A DNA stretch of 64,000 nt from Botryllus schlosseri (lineage: Eukaryota). Numbering within the stretch: position 1 is the stretch's first letter; each line of letters starts with the position of its first letter. The notes beneath the pieces are model-generated. The model did not search any database, was not told where the DNA came from, and saw only the letters and a list, made by a program, of their open reading frames with translations. The stretch is from the NCBI GenBank assembly GCA_051294905.1, contig CM119371.1:41356001-41420000 (forward strand). The letters run 5' to 3'. Shown piece after piece: positions 47,201-61,689 of this stretch. A program made the translations under genes and the position numbers.

Positions 47201-50200
47201 CCGAAAATTGCAACTCGAGTCATTACGACCCTATGGCTGGGTTACTGACGTGCCGATCACGTGGATATGCCATCAAATGCCAGCAAGTCACATTTATATG
47301 GGTGTTTGTAACGTTAATATAGTACCGTGTGAGTGTATAACGGCAATGCTCGGTTGGATTTTGTTTCCTAACGTTTCTATTAAATTTTAAGGAAATTCAT
47401 TCGGGTGTTCGAGGACATCCACGGACGGTTTGTGTTTAAAGCCAGTATTCTGGTGTATGCCGCTTCACTGACGACCACCGCCATTACGTTCGTAATTGCT
47501 TTCACTGTCGGCGATGGTGTCGATGGTTGGATTCCGTCTAAGAACAACGGTTCGTATTTGTTTTGTTCTTAAAGTCTAATACAAACGATAGTTCTATGAG
47601 ACAATATAGTAGGGTTAACATATGTTCTCCTTTGGGAGGATTTGTCCTGTTTTCTCAAGAAATGTAAACTGTCCTCCGAGGACGCCCACATACCCTCCTT
47701 TTTCGCAATCCATCTCACTTTATAGCTTTGAGAGTCATGAGATCGTAAAGAGACAACTAAAAATGTCATTATAGACGTGAAATCCGGATTTCGGCGGTAA
47801 TGTTGACTAAAAAGATGTAAAATAAGGCCAGCTTTTACCGTTAATACGTGGGGAAGGGTATTTCAGGAGTTGGGCCGGAAAATGAGCTTTTTTATTATTA
47901 GTCAACCCGTCAATAGAAGCAGTGAAATTTCCAGATTTCCCGTATTATTCAATGCTACTTCATCTTTTGTGACTTGTGAAAAGTGTCCTCTATTCCCGAT
48001 ATCAGAATATGTTAACCCTAATATATATAGCTATAGGGATAGCGAGGGTATCAGTAGTCTACCTTGGTTGATCTATAGATCACATAGTTTGATGAGCACA
48101 CTTTTTCAAAATTTTCAGACTTAGAATGCTGGAGTAAAATCCTGAAAAATGGTCTCAACGTCGTGGTCGGTTGACTAAAAAACAAGGTCATCTTTCCGGC
48201 TCAAATCCCGAATTATCGGCTTTCAGTAAGATTATCCGTTGGTTGACTAAAAAAAGGTCATTTTTTTGGCTCGAGTTCCGAAAACCCCGTCGGACCGTTA
48301 CTTGGCCACTGATTTCCTATATCTCAACACAAATTCTCAAAAAAGAACACATTTAGGCGTCCTCCGAGGACACTTTCAAAAAAGTAAAAAAAGAGGACAA
48401 ATCCTCCTAAAAGAGGAAGAATGGCAACTCTATGCTACACTATTACGAGGAAGCGTCAGACATATATTCATGGAGTGAAAATAGAATCCACGAATTGTTC
48501 GAATTAAATTCAGAGGTGTTCAGCAGAGATGAGCGGATTTGGAATTTGGAATTTGGAATTTGGAATGTCTTAATCCAATTCAAATCCGAAATTTCAAATC
48601 CAAACCAAAACTTTTATATATTCAAATCCGTGTCTAATCCTAGTCCGATTCTAACTTGAAATTCAGAAAAAATGCTAATAAATGCAAGAAAGCAATTAGA
48701 AATTTTTCTTTCATAACCAAATATCTTCTAAATTTAAGATGACTTAGCATAGGGCTGCCCCTCTCATGTTTATTGGCCATAGTGAAGTACATCAATAACT
48801 GATCTGACTAAAGTTTGACGTCATTCCCCAGAAAATCGATAAATCCAATCCTCATCCTAATCCATTCTGAAAAAAATCTCTAATCCTAATCCAATCCAAA
48901 TCCGACAAACTTTCACAAATCCTAATCCTAATCCATGCTCATCTATGGTGTTCAGCAGAGAAGCACCTTCACTTTTCCGAAGTAGGCAAGTAGGTTTTGC
49001 TCTACTAACTTATGCGGTTATGTTTTTTTAGACGACTTCCAACAGTTTTCAGAATTTCGAGGCTACATTAGACCTAGAACACTCACGTTTTTAGTTGCAC
49101 TTGACAACGAAGTTAGTCAAAGTATAGCCATTGCTGATACTCAAATAGAAGTCGACGGAATGTCGTACCGCTCTCAAATTAAGTAGAAAAAGTGATCGTT
49201 TATGCATGCTCCTTTCTAAAAAACGGAAGGCTAGCAGAATGGAAAGTAGTTTAAAATCAGGCAAAACCTACTTGAGTACTCAGAGAAAGTAGAAGTAACT
49301 CGTTACTGACCAACTCTGCGTGACTATCTATACTTTTACTTTTACTTGTACTTGTGTAAGACTTTTGTACTTTACTTCTGCATCTATACTTGAGTACCGG
49401 CCATGACTACTTTGACCACCCCTCATTAAATCGCCGATACCAACAGGATGATATGTCTACTGCATTGTTACCGTCAATATAAGTGTCAATTAGAAACTTC
49501 GTATAAGCCTCTGGACACTCTGCTGAACGCAATTAATTATTAGTAAGAGGCTTGAAACACTTTTAAATTCGGTGTCAAGCCCATCGTGTTACCATAGTTG
49601 TAAAAGAAAATAACCGGTTGACAGGATTTCATGACAGGGGATGCTGTATTTTCCAGATCCAATGTGCTGGAAATCATCTTACGCGGGTGACAGGCTCTGT
49701 TGGCTGCACTCGTATGCGTTGTATTTCGGGTTTCTGGTGCCTGTTGGGATTATGTTCGCAATCAATTTCGTGGGGTTCATAATAATCATGCACAAGATCA
49801 ATCGGAAAAGGCCGAACGTAAGATTCAATTCCATCGTACGCATGCCAACAAGTCGCACAAGTAAAATGAGATTCTCAAATCATACTTCTCATGTAGGCTG
49901 TATAACGTCTCATGTGAAATCTCCTGTGAGATGTCATTGTTATGACATCTTCCATATTCAAATTTGTCAATATGAACATTTTGTTTACTGCGATATTGAC
50001 GTTATAAAACTAGCCTGCTTAAAATGGCAGTTCAGTATTTAATGCTTGACCCATGTGGTGTTATACCCGAAACCAAAACCTTAGACCTACCCGGAGCACA
50101 CATTCTCAAGTATTGAATGGTCAGATCTCACATGTAAGACATATGCCGTGTAAAACACGGACCATGTAACACAGTGTGGCATACAGTACGAATTAATAGA

Positions 50201-53200
50201 GAGATGTTCAAGTTCATTGTTGTTGGTGGTTAATATTCACTATATATAGCAGGGTTGCATTTAAAACAACCGGTGTTTTAAAACACTTTGTTTGAAACAT
50301 GTTTTAAACAGTGTTTTAAACGAATGACTTTCTGTTTCTGTTGTTGTTTCGTTGTCTAATTATGCCATAATTGTGTAAATATGTCAGAAAAACCATGTAA
50401 TATGAGCCTACGGACGATTTGCCCCCCAAATAGTCGACATATACGATGTGGGGTGGCTGGAACCCTCGAAATCATCGGCGGTTAAACAGTTTTAGCACGT
50501 AGATATAGATCATTGGTAAAGAATTGCTGGGTGTTCAGATGATGATGAACGCCGACCGTGAAACGCTGCACAACGATGTAGTCCTGGCTAAAGATATTTT
50601 TGGTCTGTTTATGACAGTGGTCGGAAGCCCTTTTCGTTGAATGGACCATATTGACCCTATGATTTCACTTGTCAATGTCAATCCACTGTGACGTCACAAT
50701 TAAATATTCGTGACGTCATGGCTAGAAAACAAACAAACAAAAAACAAAAAACAACATGTTTTAAACAAGGGCCTTGTTTTAAACATGCTTGTTTTAAATT
50801 GCTTTTTGTTTTAAATGCAACCCTAATTCATAGTGTATCGACATCTATGGTCAAATTGGTCAGTTTACGCTAAACCGATTTTCTCATTATGATCCCTGAG
50901 CTGCTAACCCTTAGCACGGCCCACTTTCGTTCAAGTTTCTTTCATACGACACCGAATATGCGATTTGGAGCCTAGATAAAACTGTAGCACTTATGCATGG
51001 ATTTGCACTCTTACCTAGAACCATTGGTTTCACACCCAGCTTCTGGGGGGCTTCGCACCCCAGACGCCCCTTTGGCTATTCGCTTTTTGACGCTATTTGA
51101 CCTGTAGCATTTTCAGGAAAACCATAGATTGGGTTAGAATTAAAATTAGAGCTTAGAAACATTTCACAAATTAAACTAGAATTACATTACCGCCATTTTG
51201 CTCTGATTAGCCTAATAATTAAACTACTAGAACTTTCTATAGTTTCACCACGTCATTTGATATGTGTGAGCGGTTATTATTGGGCGGTCCTACGTTTTAA
51301 AACAGACCTCGCTCAGCTCTACCGGTAAATCTGATTACGTGAGCAGAGAGAGGATCAAAATTGATAGCAATATATATGTAATTCCCGATCATATTGCCCG
51401 ATTCAATCATGAATTACTGAAATTTTTCGCGCGTGGCGCGTCTAGGCGGGAAAAGCTGTCTCACTAAACGGACACCCAATGGAGATGGTCAACTGTAGGC
51501 CTATCGTGAAAAACGAGCCGAGCTCGGTGTACAGACATTTGCCATTCCCATAAACTCTGGCTTGACATGAACTGAGTTTGATTCTTGTTGTAATTCTCAT
51601 TAATCCGAAATTTAAATATCTATCCAAGTTTTTGAGAAGCCAAGCCGTTAAAGACCCAGTATTGAAGGATCAGCTGATCCGTGTGTTTCTGATATCGAGT
51701 TTGCTCGGCGTGACTTGGATGTTCGCCGTGCCCCTCACGCTTTCCGAAGATGAGATCGTAAACGAAACGTTCAGCTGGCTATTCTCTATCGGAAACGCAT
51801 TCCAGGTATATTCATAGAGTTAAGATACGTGCGAGTCATGTGTTACGTACACAGTTTTGTACATCACGACTCCAGAGGGGTCCATAACGAAGTATTTCTA
51901 CTTCTTTGGAGCAATCCAGATCGGTTTTGCTATTATTATCACTGTTGACTAACGTGGTCATGTTTGACAACTACTTCCGCTTCCTCTTGAACCGTTTTTA
52001 TGCAAAACTACATACTTTTTACAGTTTGAACTTCGAAAAGTAAAAAATAGTTTTGGGTCAGTTTTTATAACTTTCACGAGTGAAATTTTCGTAGGAAACT
52101 CGTGAAATAGCTCCTGCAAATGAGTTATGAGTAGCATTTTTCTCTTATTCCTGCGAATACACAGTTCACATGTGAATACTCATGGTACTGATATCTGTTG
52201 CAGGGTATTACTATCTTCACCCTGTTCTGTTTGCGTCGAAACGACGTGAAGCAGTTGTGGATAGCTCAATTCGGCGTCTGCTGCAAGTACGACATAATGA
52301 AAAAGTCGAAATCAGGTAACTGCATCTAGAGTGCACCGCTTCTACGCTTGTCTTGAGCATGGTTACAAAGCCAAGCTATATTATTCCGAATTTGAAGATT
52401 TCCTCGTGAATTTAATGCGGTTGTTACCGACTGTTCTACAGACAATTTAGGGTTGTTCAAACATAAATTTTTTCGTATTTTACTGACACTAATTATACTT
52501 ACTGATACCAATGTAATAAAGAATTATTCGTGACATTGTGTTAGGTTGCCTCTAAATAAAAGTCGCTACACATCGAATTAAGCTCCCTTTCAACTCGTAG
52601 GAGTGCAGTTGTGAGGGTAAAAAATGGATCTGTTTAAAAAAATAAAACTTTTATATTTTTTTCAATTTTATTGGTAGCCCCATGGAATTGTCATGTTCTC
52701 TACCATAACAATGCATAACGATGCAACCCGTTAGGCTATTGGATTTGAAGAAATAGATTATCTACCATGGCAAATTCTATCATTTAGCTATGCTGCTCCA
52801 ATGCCTTCGCTTCTACGGGTTGGAATTGGAATTGAGCCAAATTTTTTATGCATTTTTTTAGACAACGCAACAATTGCATAGGGTAACCAATAAATTTGAA
52901 AAAAAAAAACTTTTTTTTAATCTTGGAGCTCCACTTTCGGTGGTTGGAATACGTAAAATTCGATATACGGCGTTTTATTCACGCAACCTAACAATTTTAT
53001 CAAATAACCAGTAAAATTTAAAATAAAGTTCTTTTTGAACAACCCTAACAGACCAGAGCATTTAGGATCACTATTAGTATTTTCTTACTTGTAATATCAT
53101 TTTCACACCCCTTAAATACCTATATCCTTGTCCAGCTACTTCTTCGACATACGACACGGGCGGAACCCTTCCGTCAACAGCACCTTCCCAAAGCAAGATC

Positions 53201-53311
53201 AGAGTGAAAAAAGGTAATTGTCCTTGATTACAGTATTATCATATAGGTCGAACTAACGGGTTTTCGTCACGTTCAGATAAAATCGACATGGCAAGTTTAC
53301 AATCCGGATGA
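38290..53311 (+). CDS. Adhesion GPCR paralog B (signal peptide - Thr-rich mucin stalk - SEA - HormR-like - GAIN/GPS - 7TM), 16 exons, about 890 aa if acceptor 42745 is used
   Basis: Exons 38290-38695, 40480-40782, 41859-41987, 42723(or 42745)-42881, 43095-43286, 43868-44074, 44381-44494, 44557-44715, 44795-44904, 45383-45577, 47392-47549, 49657-49817, 51629-51805, 52204-52315, 53136-53213, 53277-53311. Hydrophobic leader MDLLFGAFAVICLIPSTSSA, T/P-rich run, GPS ...VTCSCNHATNFAVLV, 7TM nearly identical to paralog A. The exon 3/4 junction is phase-ambiguous (see findings). Confidence 0.85.
38937..39893. mobile_element. Kolobok-like non-autonomous element with nested MITE 39293-39711
   Basis: TTAA flanks, AGG...CCT ends, imperfect TIR of about 80 bp. 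The inner element has CAGAGATGA / TCATCTCTG termini, TSD GACGCGCA and AATCCT repeats; a second copy is at 48524-48947 (TSD GTGTTCAG). Confidence 0.75.
40480..40782 (+). CDS. SEA-domain exon of paralog B
   Basis: Symmetric phase-1 exon (303 nt) encoding LPYKEEYANTSSTEFRRIADNI...VNVKKITQGSVVVWY. This matches the SEA pattern, including the G|SVVV autoproteolysis motif known from MUC1-type SEA domains. Confidence 0.85.
50250..50825. mobile_element. MITE with TTTTAAAAC repeats
   Basis: TIR AGGGTTGCATTTAAAACAA / TTGTTTTAAATGCAACCCT. Absent from the matching gene A intron (about 20030-20070). Confidence 0.8.
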
Positions 53312-53869
53312 GGATTGCCATTAATCTCTCAAGCAAGATCCCATGGGAGATGTATAGCAAAATAACACATTGCGGCTTACTTTTCAAAATAAGTTCTGTC
53401 CCGCAAGACTGTTCCCGTCAGCGGCGCACCGTTACATTCCTCTTTTAGAAATACAGTTATTCGCATCATTGCGGAGTAGTAGACATGACTTAAACATCGT
53501 TTGGTATACAATGGTTTTCTATATTTGAAAGCTATGGTTTTCATGACTTATTGCCTTTGAAGCGCCCTAGCCTCTTGATTTGTATAGTGCGACGCCATAT
53601 TTTTGTTTGCCAGTCGCCATCGCAATCGCAACATTGATATAATACTTTCCCCTCCAGATGGCGAGATAGCACAGTAGTGTGACCCACAGCGGCAGCACCA
53701 ATAACGGTTGCGGATTCGAGCCCGACCGAAAGAGGGAAAGAGTCTTTATTTTCATCCAACCAAAATACATAATAAATGTCAGTGATGGTGGTACAGAAAA
53801 TATGCATGCACAGTATTCGGTTATCGGAATCCCTTCCCCATAGTGTTGGAGGTTTATTATTATTCGAAC

Positions 53870-54237
53870 GTAAACTGAACATTAACCAGGCAAAGCTACG
53901 TTCTAATCTAACTGATGTTCACTTGCAGTCTTTACTAAGGGTTTCCACGGCCGAAATGCAGCCAGAGTTCAAATAACTTGTTGACAACTTTGATTGGCCA
54001 CAGACATTTGATTATCTTCAGCGGCTATGTTGAAGTATTATACATTAGGTTAAGAAAACAATCAATCACGTTCTTGTCTCTATGCTTTAAACTTATAGAT
54101 TACATTAAATACGATTTGTTACGTGTATAGGTCTATAAATACGTGAATATCGATTAGGTTAAGTAATCCGGCCCGCCAAGTAGCCTACTTCATTTTCACA
54201 AAGCAGGCCGGCCGACTGGAGAAGTTGCCCGCCTCTG
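53870..54237 (+). mobile_element. 3' fragment of a Charlie-type hAT transposon
   Basis: LNINQAKLRSNLTDVHLQSLLRVSTAEMQPEF resembles the Charlie/GTF2IRD2-type transposase C-terminus and is followed by the terminus GTTGCCCGCCTCTG. Confidence 0.7.
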
Positions 54238-55558
54238 GTCAAAAATATAATAAGAAGCCCATCTTTATGAAATTTTGGTCGTGAAAAGTACCGATATCAT
54301 GCATATAGAACTTTAAGCATTGGAGAATCAGGAATCAGAGTTGGGAATACGCTTCATACATTATAATTTAATACCCCTTTCTGGAAGGTGGGTAACTTTA
54401 TATGCAAATAGCATGGAGAGTCGTGATCTATTGGAATTTCCAATTAAATTTATCAAGTTTACAGCTTCCATTGTAAGTCGAGTATTTCAATATAGAATAA
54501 GACTCGCAAATTATTTATCAAATAGTATATAAGGTTGATTTGTTATAATTCAGGCAGTGAACCGATATTTTATGAAGATAAACCACTGGTCACGGGGACA
54601 GGGTACCCATACAATGGTACACTTCGAATTGAACCATAGGCGTACTCGCAACGATGTATGCTACATGGGTTCGTGGCGTACCTATACTAGGGTTGCCATA
54701 CGTCCAGAATTTCAAGGACATGTCCACACAACACGCAACATTAGTTTTGAGCAGATTTATGCTACTTGAGGTTTTTCTTAGCGCTGCGCGCGAATTAGTA
54801 TCACGTATATTGATGTTAATATGGGGACTAACCGCCCCCGCCAAAACTGCCATCAAATATAAATAGAAAAAAACCTTCATTTAGGCTACTTCAAATCGAA
54901 ATTTGATACACCGAAAACTGATTGCAAAACTATAAAAAATTTCTGCTCGTGGTCTAGGAACAATCCAAAATCAGACTTGAATGTTGCATTGTAACGGAGT
55001 TTGGTATTGTGACGCAACCATGCAGTCTGGGAGCAGGTGAGAAGTAGCACAAATCGGCCATTGTAGCGCAACCAATTGAGTATTCACACTCTCGCTCTCG
55101 TCCGCGCTTGCTCCTGAGCTGCTCAGATGGCGTGGTTGCATCACAATACCAAACTCCGTTACAATGCAACGTTCGGGGCTGATTTTGGGGGACTCCAGGA
55201 CCGCGAGCAGAACAAAATTTATATTTTCGCAATCAGTATCTTTCGATAGATAGCCTACCCGTTTTATCAAATTTAATGCTCGGCAAGCCGGTCAAAAATG
55301 ACAGTCAAATTGCCTTTGGCCAAATAGAAAGTGTGACGTAGACTAACCAACAGACAGCTATAGCATGTAAATGTAGATTTTTGGTACGGAATGGGTGTAG
55401 TGATGATGATGAGTGAGGTATTATTCATCTGAACCAATTACTCCAGACCAGAAAATATTGACTCAAGTGTCAAAAATTTCGTTTTTTTCGAATTATTCCG
55501 GGGATTCGCGTCGTAGTTCAACGTCACTTCAGGTATGTTAGGAGACATAACTAGCGGA

Positions 55559-57042
55559 CAGACTTGGTCAACTAGAAAATTTTCAGCTTTTTCGAATAAG
55601 ATTAGAATTGGAATTAGAGATTCACAATTTCTCCAAATTAGAATAGAATTAGAATTAGAGCTAGACAGCTTTTTCCAAATTAGATGAGAATTAAAATTAG
55701 GGCTTCACAGCTTTTTCCATTTTAGATTAAAATTAGAATTACTGAATTCGGAAAAATTTTGAAATTAAATGAAATTGTGAATCAGTAATAAATATAGAAA
55801 AAAGTTCAGTTGATATCAAATCACAGTGTATAGTCTCATCACCATGAGAATGATTAACGTCTGTATACCAAGCTTTGCTCGTCTTGCACTATACCAGGGG
55901 TCATCAACACGCGGCCCGCGAGGTCATATTTTGCAGCCAGCGATCTGATATGTGAATTTGGAAGAACGCGAATAATGATCAATGCACATCACAACATTCA
56001 TCATCATGGCGCAAATAACATGATTAGAGAGAGAGAGTCTTTATTTTCATTCAACCAAAATACATAACACACGGCAGTGATGGTGGTACAGAAAATATGC
56101 TTGCACAGTATTCGCTATTAGATAGGAATGATCGATAATACCTTGAAGGTCATCTAGTCTGATCACACCAGAACCAAACAGGTAAACTTGATTCTAAACA
56201 GTCTGGCTGTAAAAAAGGTTACAGTAGTTAAAAAAATAAAATGGAAGAAAAATTAAACGATGGTAGCAAATGATCAATAAAGCAACGTCTGGGCGAGGTA
56301 GGGCAACAGTGTTAGTGTAACGGCAAGAGGTGATCAAGTAGGACTTTTTTGAATATATTATAAGGAAATTCACGGATGTGTGGTGGTAATGCATTCCAGA
56401 TGATAGGTCCCGAGTAGTCGATAGATCTCTTAGTTAGGTTGCTATTGGGTGGAGGTAAGTAGATAATTCCTTTAGACGAGTATCTCGTGTAGTGGGAGTG
56501 GACATTTCTGGAAGACATGAAAAAGTCATCAAACACAGGAGGCAAACTATTGGGAAATATTTGTGAATGACTTTTGATACTTCGAAGCGATATAGTTTGT
56601 CAACTTTCAAAAAATTCGGTGCTTAGGCGATAAGCGTCACAATTGTTCAGTAGCACAAACTAACAAGCTACCATGCCAGCATGGCTAATATGCGTCGCAC
56701 GATATATACCACTTCTGTACGGTGTAAGTAATGCGATGGCGCCCTGGCACTGGAATTCCATGTGCGAGAGGAATATTCTTGTTAACTTGCTGCAAAATGC
56801 CGCGGTCAAATAGGCATTTGAAGGAAAACAAATAATTAGATTAGAATTAAAATTAGAGCATAGGAACACTTCAGAAATTAGATTAGAATTATAATTAGAG
56901 CATAAGAACAATTCAGAAATTAGATTAGAATTAGAATTAGAGCATAGCAACATTTTACAAATTAGATTAGAATTCGATTACTGGGATTTCACTCTAATTT
57001 ACTGAAATTAGACAACTAGAATTATCTAGTTGTCCAAGTCTG
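55559..57042. mobile_element. hAT-type element with (ATTAGA)n subterminal arrays, containing a LINE fragment
   Basis: TIR CAGACTTGGTCAACTAG / CTAGTTGTCCAAGTCTG, perfect TSD CTAGCGGA. The same terminus occurs at about 21652. Confidence 0.85.
56026..56612 (-). mobile_element. Second copy of the same LINE 3' end
   Basis: PPVFDDFFMSSRNVHSHYTRYSSKGIIYLPPPNSNLTKRSIDYSGPIIWNALP, same 3' UTR and (CT)n tail. A short third piece lies at about 53735-53830. Confidence 0.85.
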
Positions 57043-59604
57043 CTAGCGGATGCGCACTCAGAATATCAAGGCGATCTCTCCACCCTACAAGCGGCGAGGT
57101 CAATTGTTACATTTGTCCCTAGTTTTATTCGTCCACGGTCCTCCCTAGTGTCCTTTGTAATCTGAGCCCAACAATATAGAGATGCGAACAGCAGAGGGAA
57201 ATGATGCGCGCCATAAAGAAATACCACTTTGTAATCGTGTTCTCCACATCACGAAGTAAATATGTTTCTGATAGGCCTACGTTTGGGCGAATCCAAGCTA
57301 TTTCCACTATACCGCCAATCCTGATGGGAGGTCAAGAAATAGCAGCATGCTACAATAGTGAATTAGTACCAATTGGCTCACCCAAAGATGCAGCACAAAA
57401 TTATTAACTTCCCTATATTTTCGAAGACCTCCCTGCATCAACTCTACCAGTGATTCTGATCACATGGGCTGAGAAAGGAAAAATATTTGATCGTATTATG
57501 TGATACTATACTATAATATTAATGACAAAATTCACTCATGAACATGGAAATATTTTCGCCCATTGCGCGACTAGATAGATACTTGCGATTTCGTAACGCA
57601 TAGTTAGCCGATATGAGTAAATAGACAAGTCCGGAGTTTACCGGCAATGGATATGGACAGTTTAACGTGGATATTTGGCCTCCAGTTAGTTCAGTACTAC
57701 TACACACTGGAATGCGGCCTTAGGCTACATAAGTAATCGAAAGGTGGCCGTGACAAGCAAAAGGGGAGTCACCCCGTTTTAACTGTTGAAGAGTGTTGTC
57801 AGGTATCGTGCGCAGCTCGTAGTTCAAAACAGAATGAAATTGCTGATCGTGATAGTTTTGTTGCATTTGTATTTCTTCAATAAAACATTATTTCTTTGTG
57901 GTAACTATGCCCGTCGCCCAGGTTAGAGAGCACAGCGTCGTACTGACCTAGAGGTATCAAAACGTGGATGCTAAACTGCATTGCCTATTTAAATCTCGAT
58001 ATTGAAGTCATGCGGCCCGCGGCCTCTACAAATTTTGAAAAGTGGCCCGCGAACGCGACCCATTTTGACTTGGCGACCCCTGATGTACGACGACTTATGG
58101 TACGTCGAATTACGTTGTCATTCGTTCAGTCATACATGATGGGTATATAGCACAATGGGTCAGTGTTGTCAATTGGCGCATATGGGATCCAAATTTCGGG
58201 ATTTTGGCTCATTGTCATGGTGGTTGGCCCCGAAATTTTGAATTTGGCACGTTGACACATTTTGCACTTTAGACTTTCTTCAATTATCGCAATGAAAATC
58301 TGTTTACAGCACATTAGATTATAATATCGGGTGCTGTTTACTCTTACAGACCACTCAATGAAGTATGTAATGTTAGAACTAGAGAAATATGTAATTACAG
58401 TAGTCATATAGGCCTAGGAGTCTTACGTCCTATGAATCGTTGTCTTGCATTACAACGAAATATTACGTGTTGGGTCATTATCTGATGCACATCGCAAAAC
58501 CCAGTTTTTATTACCAACTATTATTTACCAGTTTGGCTACTAGACATGCTCTCCCTTTCTTGCACTTATGAATTCAGGCCACGACTATAGATAGCGACGC
58601 CACTATAAGCGAGCTGTTGCATCGGAAAGTTTGCCTGGTTCGTCTTCGTGCCGCTTTTTTTTAGAATTGTGGACTTTTACAGAACTTTTGACGACCCTAC
58701 GGAAAGCAAAATGAATTACCATCAAAATTTACGATCTTCCTTCTGCAGCCTAATTCAAGGTTAATTGGACTGTTGAAGCTTATTTCTTTTTATATATAGG
58801 ATACGGCCATTTCACCATGTATTTCGAAAACCTAAATTGAATACAAGATATCAATCAATATCCGATGCCTTCAACATAGGGTTACCACGTCCTCTTTTTT
58901 TAAAAATTTAGGTTGAATATAGGGTGAAATTCGACTGAGATACAGTACATCAGCTCTGAAGTAACGGTCCAGCGGGTATTTCGGGAGCTGAGCCGAAAAG
59001 TTGAATTTTTTTTTAGTCAACCAACCGATAATGTGAAGGATAAAACTGTATTTTGGGTGCTGAGCGAGAAAGTCGACCTTTTTTTAGTCAACCGACCATG
59101 AAGTGAGAACTATTATCATATTTTGAAGATTTTCCTCCGGTATTGTAAGTTTGAAAATTTTGAAAAAGTGTCCTTCTTTCCCGATTCCAAAATATGGTGA
59201 CCCTACTTTAACACCACCATTCTTCGCTACAAAATGGACCTGACGCAACGTATAACAACAGCGCTCTCTCAAAAACGAACACGTCTGAATGCGTTTTTGC
59301 CTGCGCTGACAACAATGTGGCGCTGGACTAGACAATACAAAATATACAAGCGTATAGTTGTGGAATTCCAGTAGGCCAATAGTTCCCAATTTTCTGCGGT
59401 CTGCTTTTGAACTATTACTGTCCAAACTATATTACCTTCATCAGCTTTACAAATGTTGATTGGAAAATGCAATCCAGTCCGATGACTGATGAACAAATAA
59501 TTGCCGCGACGCAAGCCATACTCGAGACTCTTTTTTGTTCGACGTAAGAGACGAATAACTGTTTGAATACGCGCTTCTTCGTTCGTAATCATCTACGTGT
59601 ACGA

Positions 59605-60180
59605 CAGGGGTCACCATCATCAACCGACCGGAATATTATGATCGTTCGCAATGATATTCATTTGCACACTGTGAGAATTCGGTAATGTGAAAAAACGTGA
59701 ACGGAAGTTTTCTAAATCACAGAAGGCAAGCAACCGAGTACGAGGAAGTGAAGGGGTTGGCGAAGCAAATTGATGAGCCGTTCGGTGAGGTATCGGCTGT
59801 TATCGCTCTGTTCAAGTATAGAAAGAGGATATGTTCCGCAAGGATGAACCGCAGACCAAGTGGATGAAGATCTTACCGGAAACGACTGTTTTCCGCTGCT
59901 ATACAAGCTAGTTAGCAGCATTTTCCCCTTCCGGCCAACAATGCGTGTGTGGAGTTCTATCTTGTGTCGGCGCAGTGAACCAAGGAGAGGAAACAGACTT
60001 AGTGAAATGACAGTCAAATCTCAGCTACAAGTAAAAGTAAACCTAGACCTGAGCTGTCGTGAGATCTATGAATCACGTTTTAATGACAAGGAGTTGCTGG
60101 AGCAGGTCGTTTCTGGAAAAAAGTATGGAATATTCATATGTGATATGCCACGACTTGTATAAATACAAAGTATATACAAA
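59605..60180 (+). mobile_element. Decayed hAT transposase C-terminal remnant
   Basis: CAGGGGTCACCA start. FPLLYKLVSSIF...GNRLSEMTVKSQLQVKVNLDLSC...ELLEQVVSGKKY resembles hAT C-termini but is degenerate. Confidence 0.55.
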
Positions 60181-60367
60181 AACGCTTTTTAATGCCAATC
60201 TAATTATTTGACTGTCGTTAATTTAGGGTTCGTGTCGATGACAACTCTATGCTCATTTACATCAGGCCGATATTCTTCATTATTTTTTATTATGATTCCT
60301 GGTCTGCCGACTTGTAGCACGACTCACACTCGTCCTAGTCTTTGGCAAGACACCGCTTACTCAGATC

Positions 60368-61642
60368 CAGAGGTGGTCAGTAACGAAGTACTTCTACTTG
60401 TTCGAAGTACTCAAAGTAGTTTTCCGCTACTTCTGGTACTTACTCAAGTAGATCCTTTTTTTAGCTACTTCTACTTCTACTTCGTGATATTCTGTGAACT
60501 AATTACCTACTTTTCGCTATTTTCAGTTTGTCAAGTAGAATTAGTTTAATTCCCTAAATAAGAAAGATAGCCTAAGGAATTTCGGGGTCGTTTTCACGTA
60601 GTACCTAAATTTAATTTTCATAAAAGTTATATAATACCCAGAATATTCGTTGCGCTTCGCGCACAGTAGATATGGAGTGACAAATATGTTTCAACGAAAG
60701 TATCGCTGAATATAATTAAGACACCGAGTTGCGTCGTTCTATTCACACCGCATTGTCGCCTATACTAAATGTTTCATCACAGTAAGTATGGCCCCATACC
60801 GTTTGAAACTACCGTTTCGTAATCTAGCAATTACCTTTTATACCTAGCATCCCATGACGTGTCCTAATCTGCAAATGCGAACTTTGACTTTTTTAATGTT
60901 GAACCTGTTTTAGCAGACCCCATGTTGAAACTTTCTGGACGAAAGACATGAAATATATTTCAGTATTTGTATTTCTCTTTCAATTACGAGTACTATACGT
61001 TGAGCTCTAATTATAGTTTCAGTTTTTTTGTGGGGGGGAATATACATGTGGAGGTATGAAAGAAAGTGTAGAAATGCCCTATATTTACCGAAAATAGAGC
61101 TATATGCTATATGGCATTTTTACGATCTGTCATATTTGTAATTAAGGTATACTAATTGCGCAAATTGTTAAAGCAGTATCCGACACAACTTCTCCGTATT
61201 GCTCTTCCACTGAACTAGGGGCTTTATAATATGGGGGAGGATGCCATGTCATGATATTCTCTAAGACGGGGGGCTCGAGTAAACAAAGTATTAGTGCCGC
61301 ATTTCGATATCAATACTATCATTTACATCCCATCATGTGGAGGACTGCTTATTCTGTCGAAAATTGACACCTCCTGGCCTGGGATGCATCAATATGAATA
61401 AAGCTCTCTGCACCTTCCGCATAGCTCCATTTGCAGCATTTGGCAGTCCATGCGCACGAATTGCGATCGTTTTCATAACTACTTACTTACTTGAGTAGAT
61501 TTAAAGTCAGTCAATTCTACTTCTACTTCAAGTAGTTTTAGGTTTCTTAAGAACGAAGTACTCCTACTCGTACTTGAGTAGATTTTCGTAGCTACTTCTA
61601 CTTCTACTTGAGTAGCTTTCTTGACTACTTTGATCACCTCTG
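60368..61642. mobile_element. hAT-type element with CTACTT arrays, inserted into a SINE
   Basis: CAGAGGTGGTCA / TGATCACCTCTG termini, perfect TSD CTCAGATC. Its 3' half is duplicated at about 63404-63916; small relatives at 45123-45318 and about 48956-49345. Confidence 0.85.
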
Positions 61643-61689
61643 CTCAGATCACATGGCGAGGCGGACACATATGATTATAGCAAATTAGG

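Noticed and set aside
55598..56980. Telomere-like hexamer runs (ATTAGA; also AATCCT at 39320-39700 and 48840-48935)
   Set aside because: They are confined within elements with TIRs and 8-bp TSDs, so they are transposon subterminal repeats rather than interstitial telomeres.
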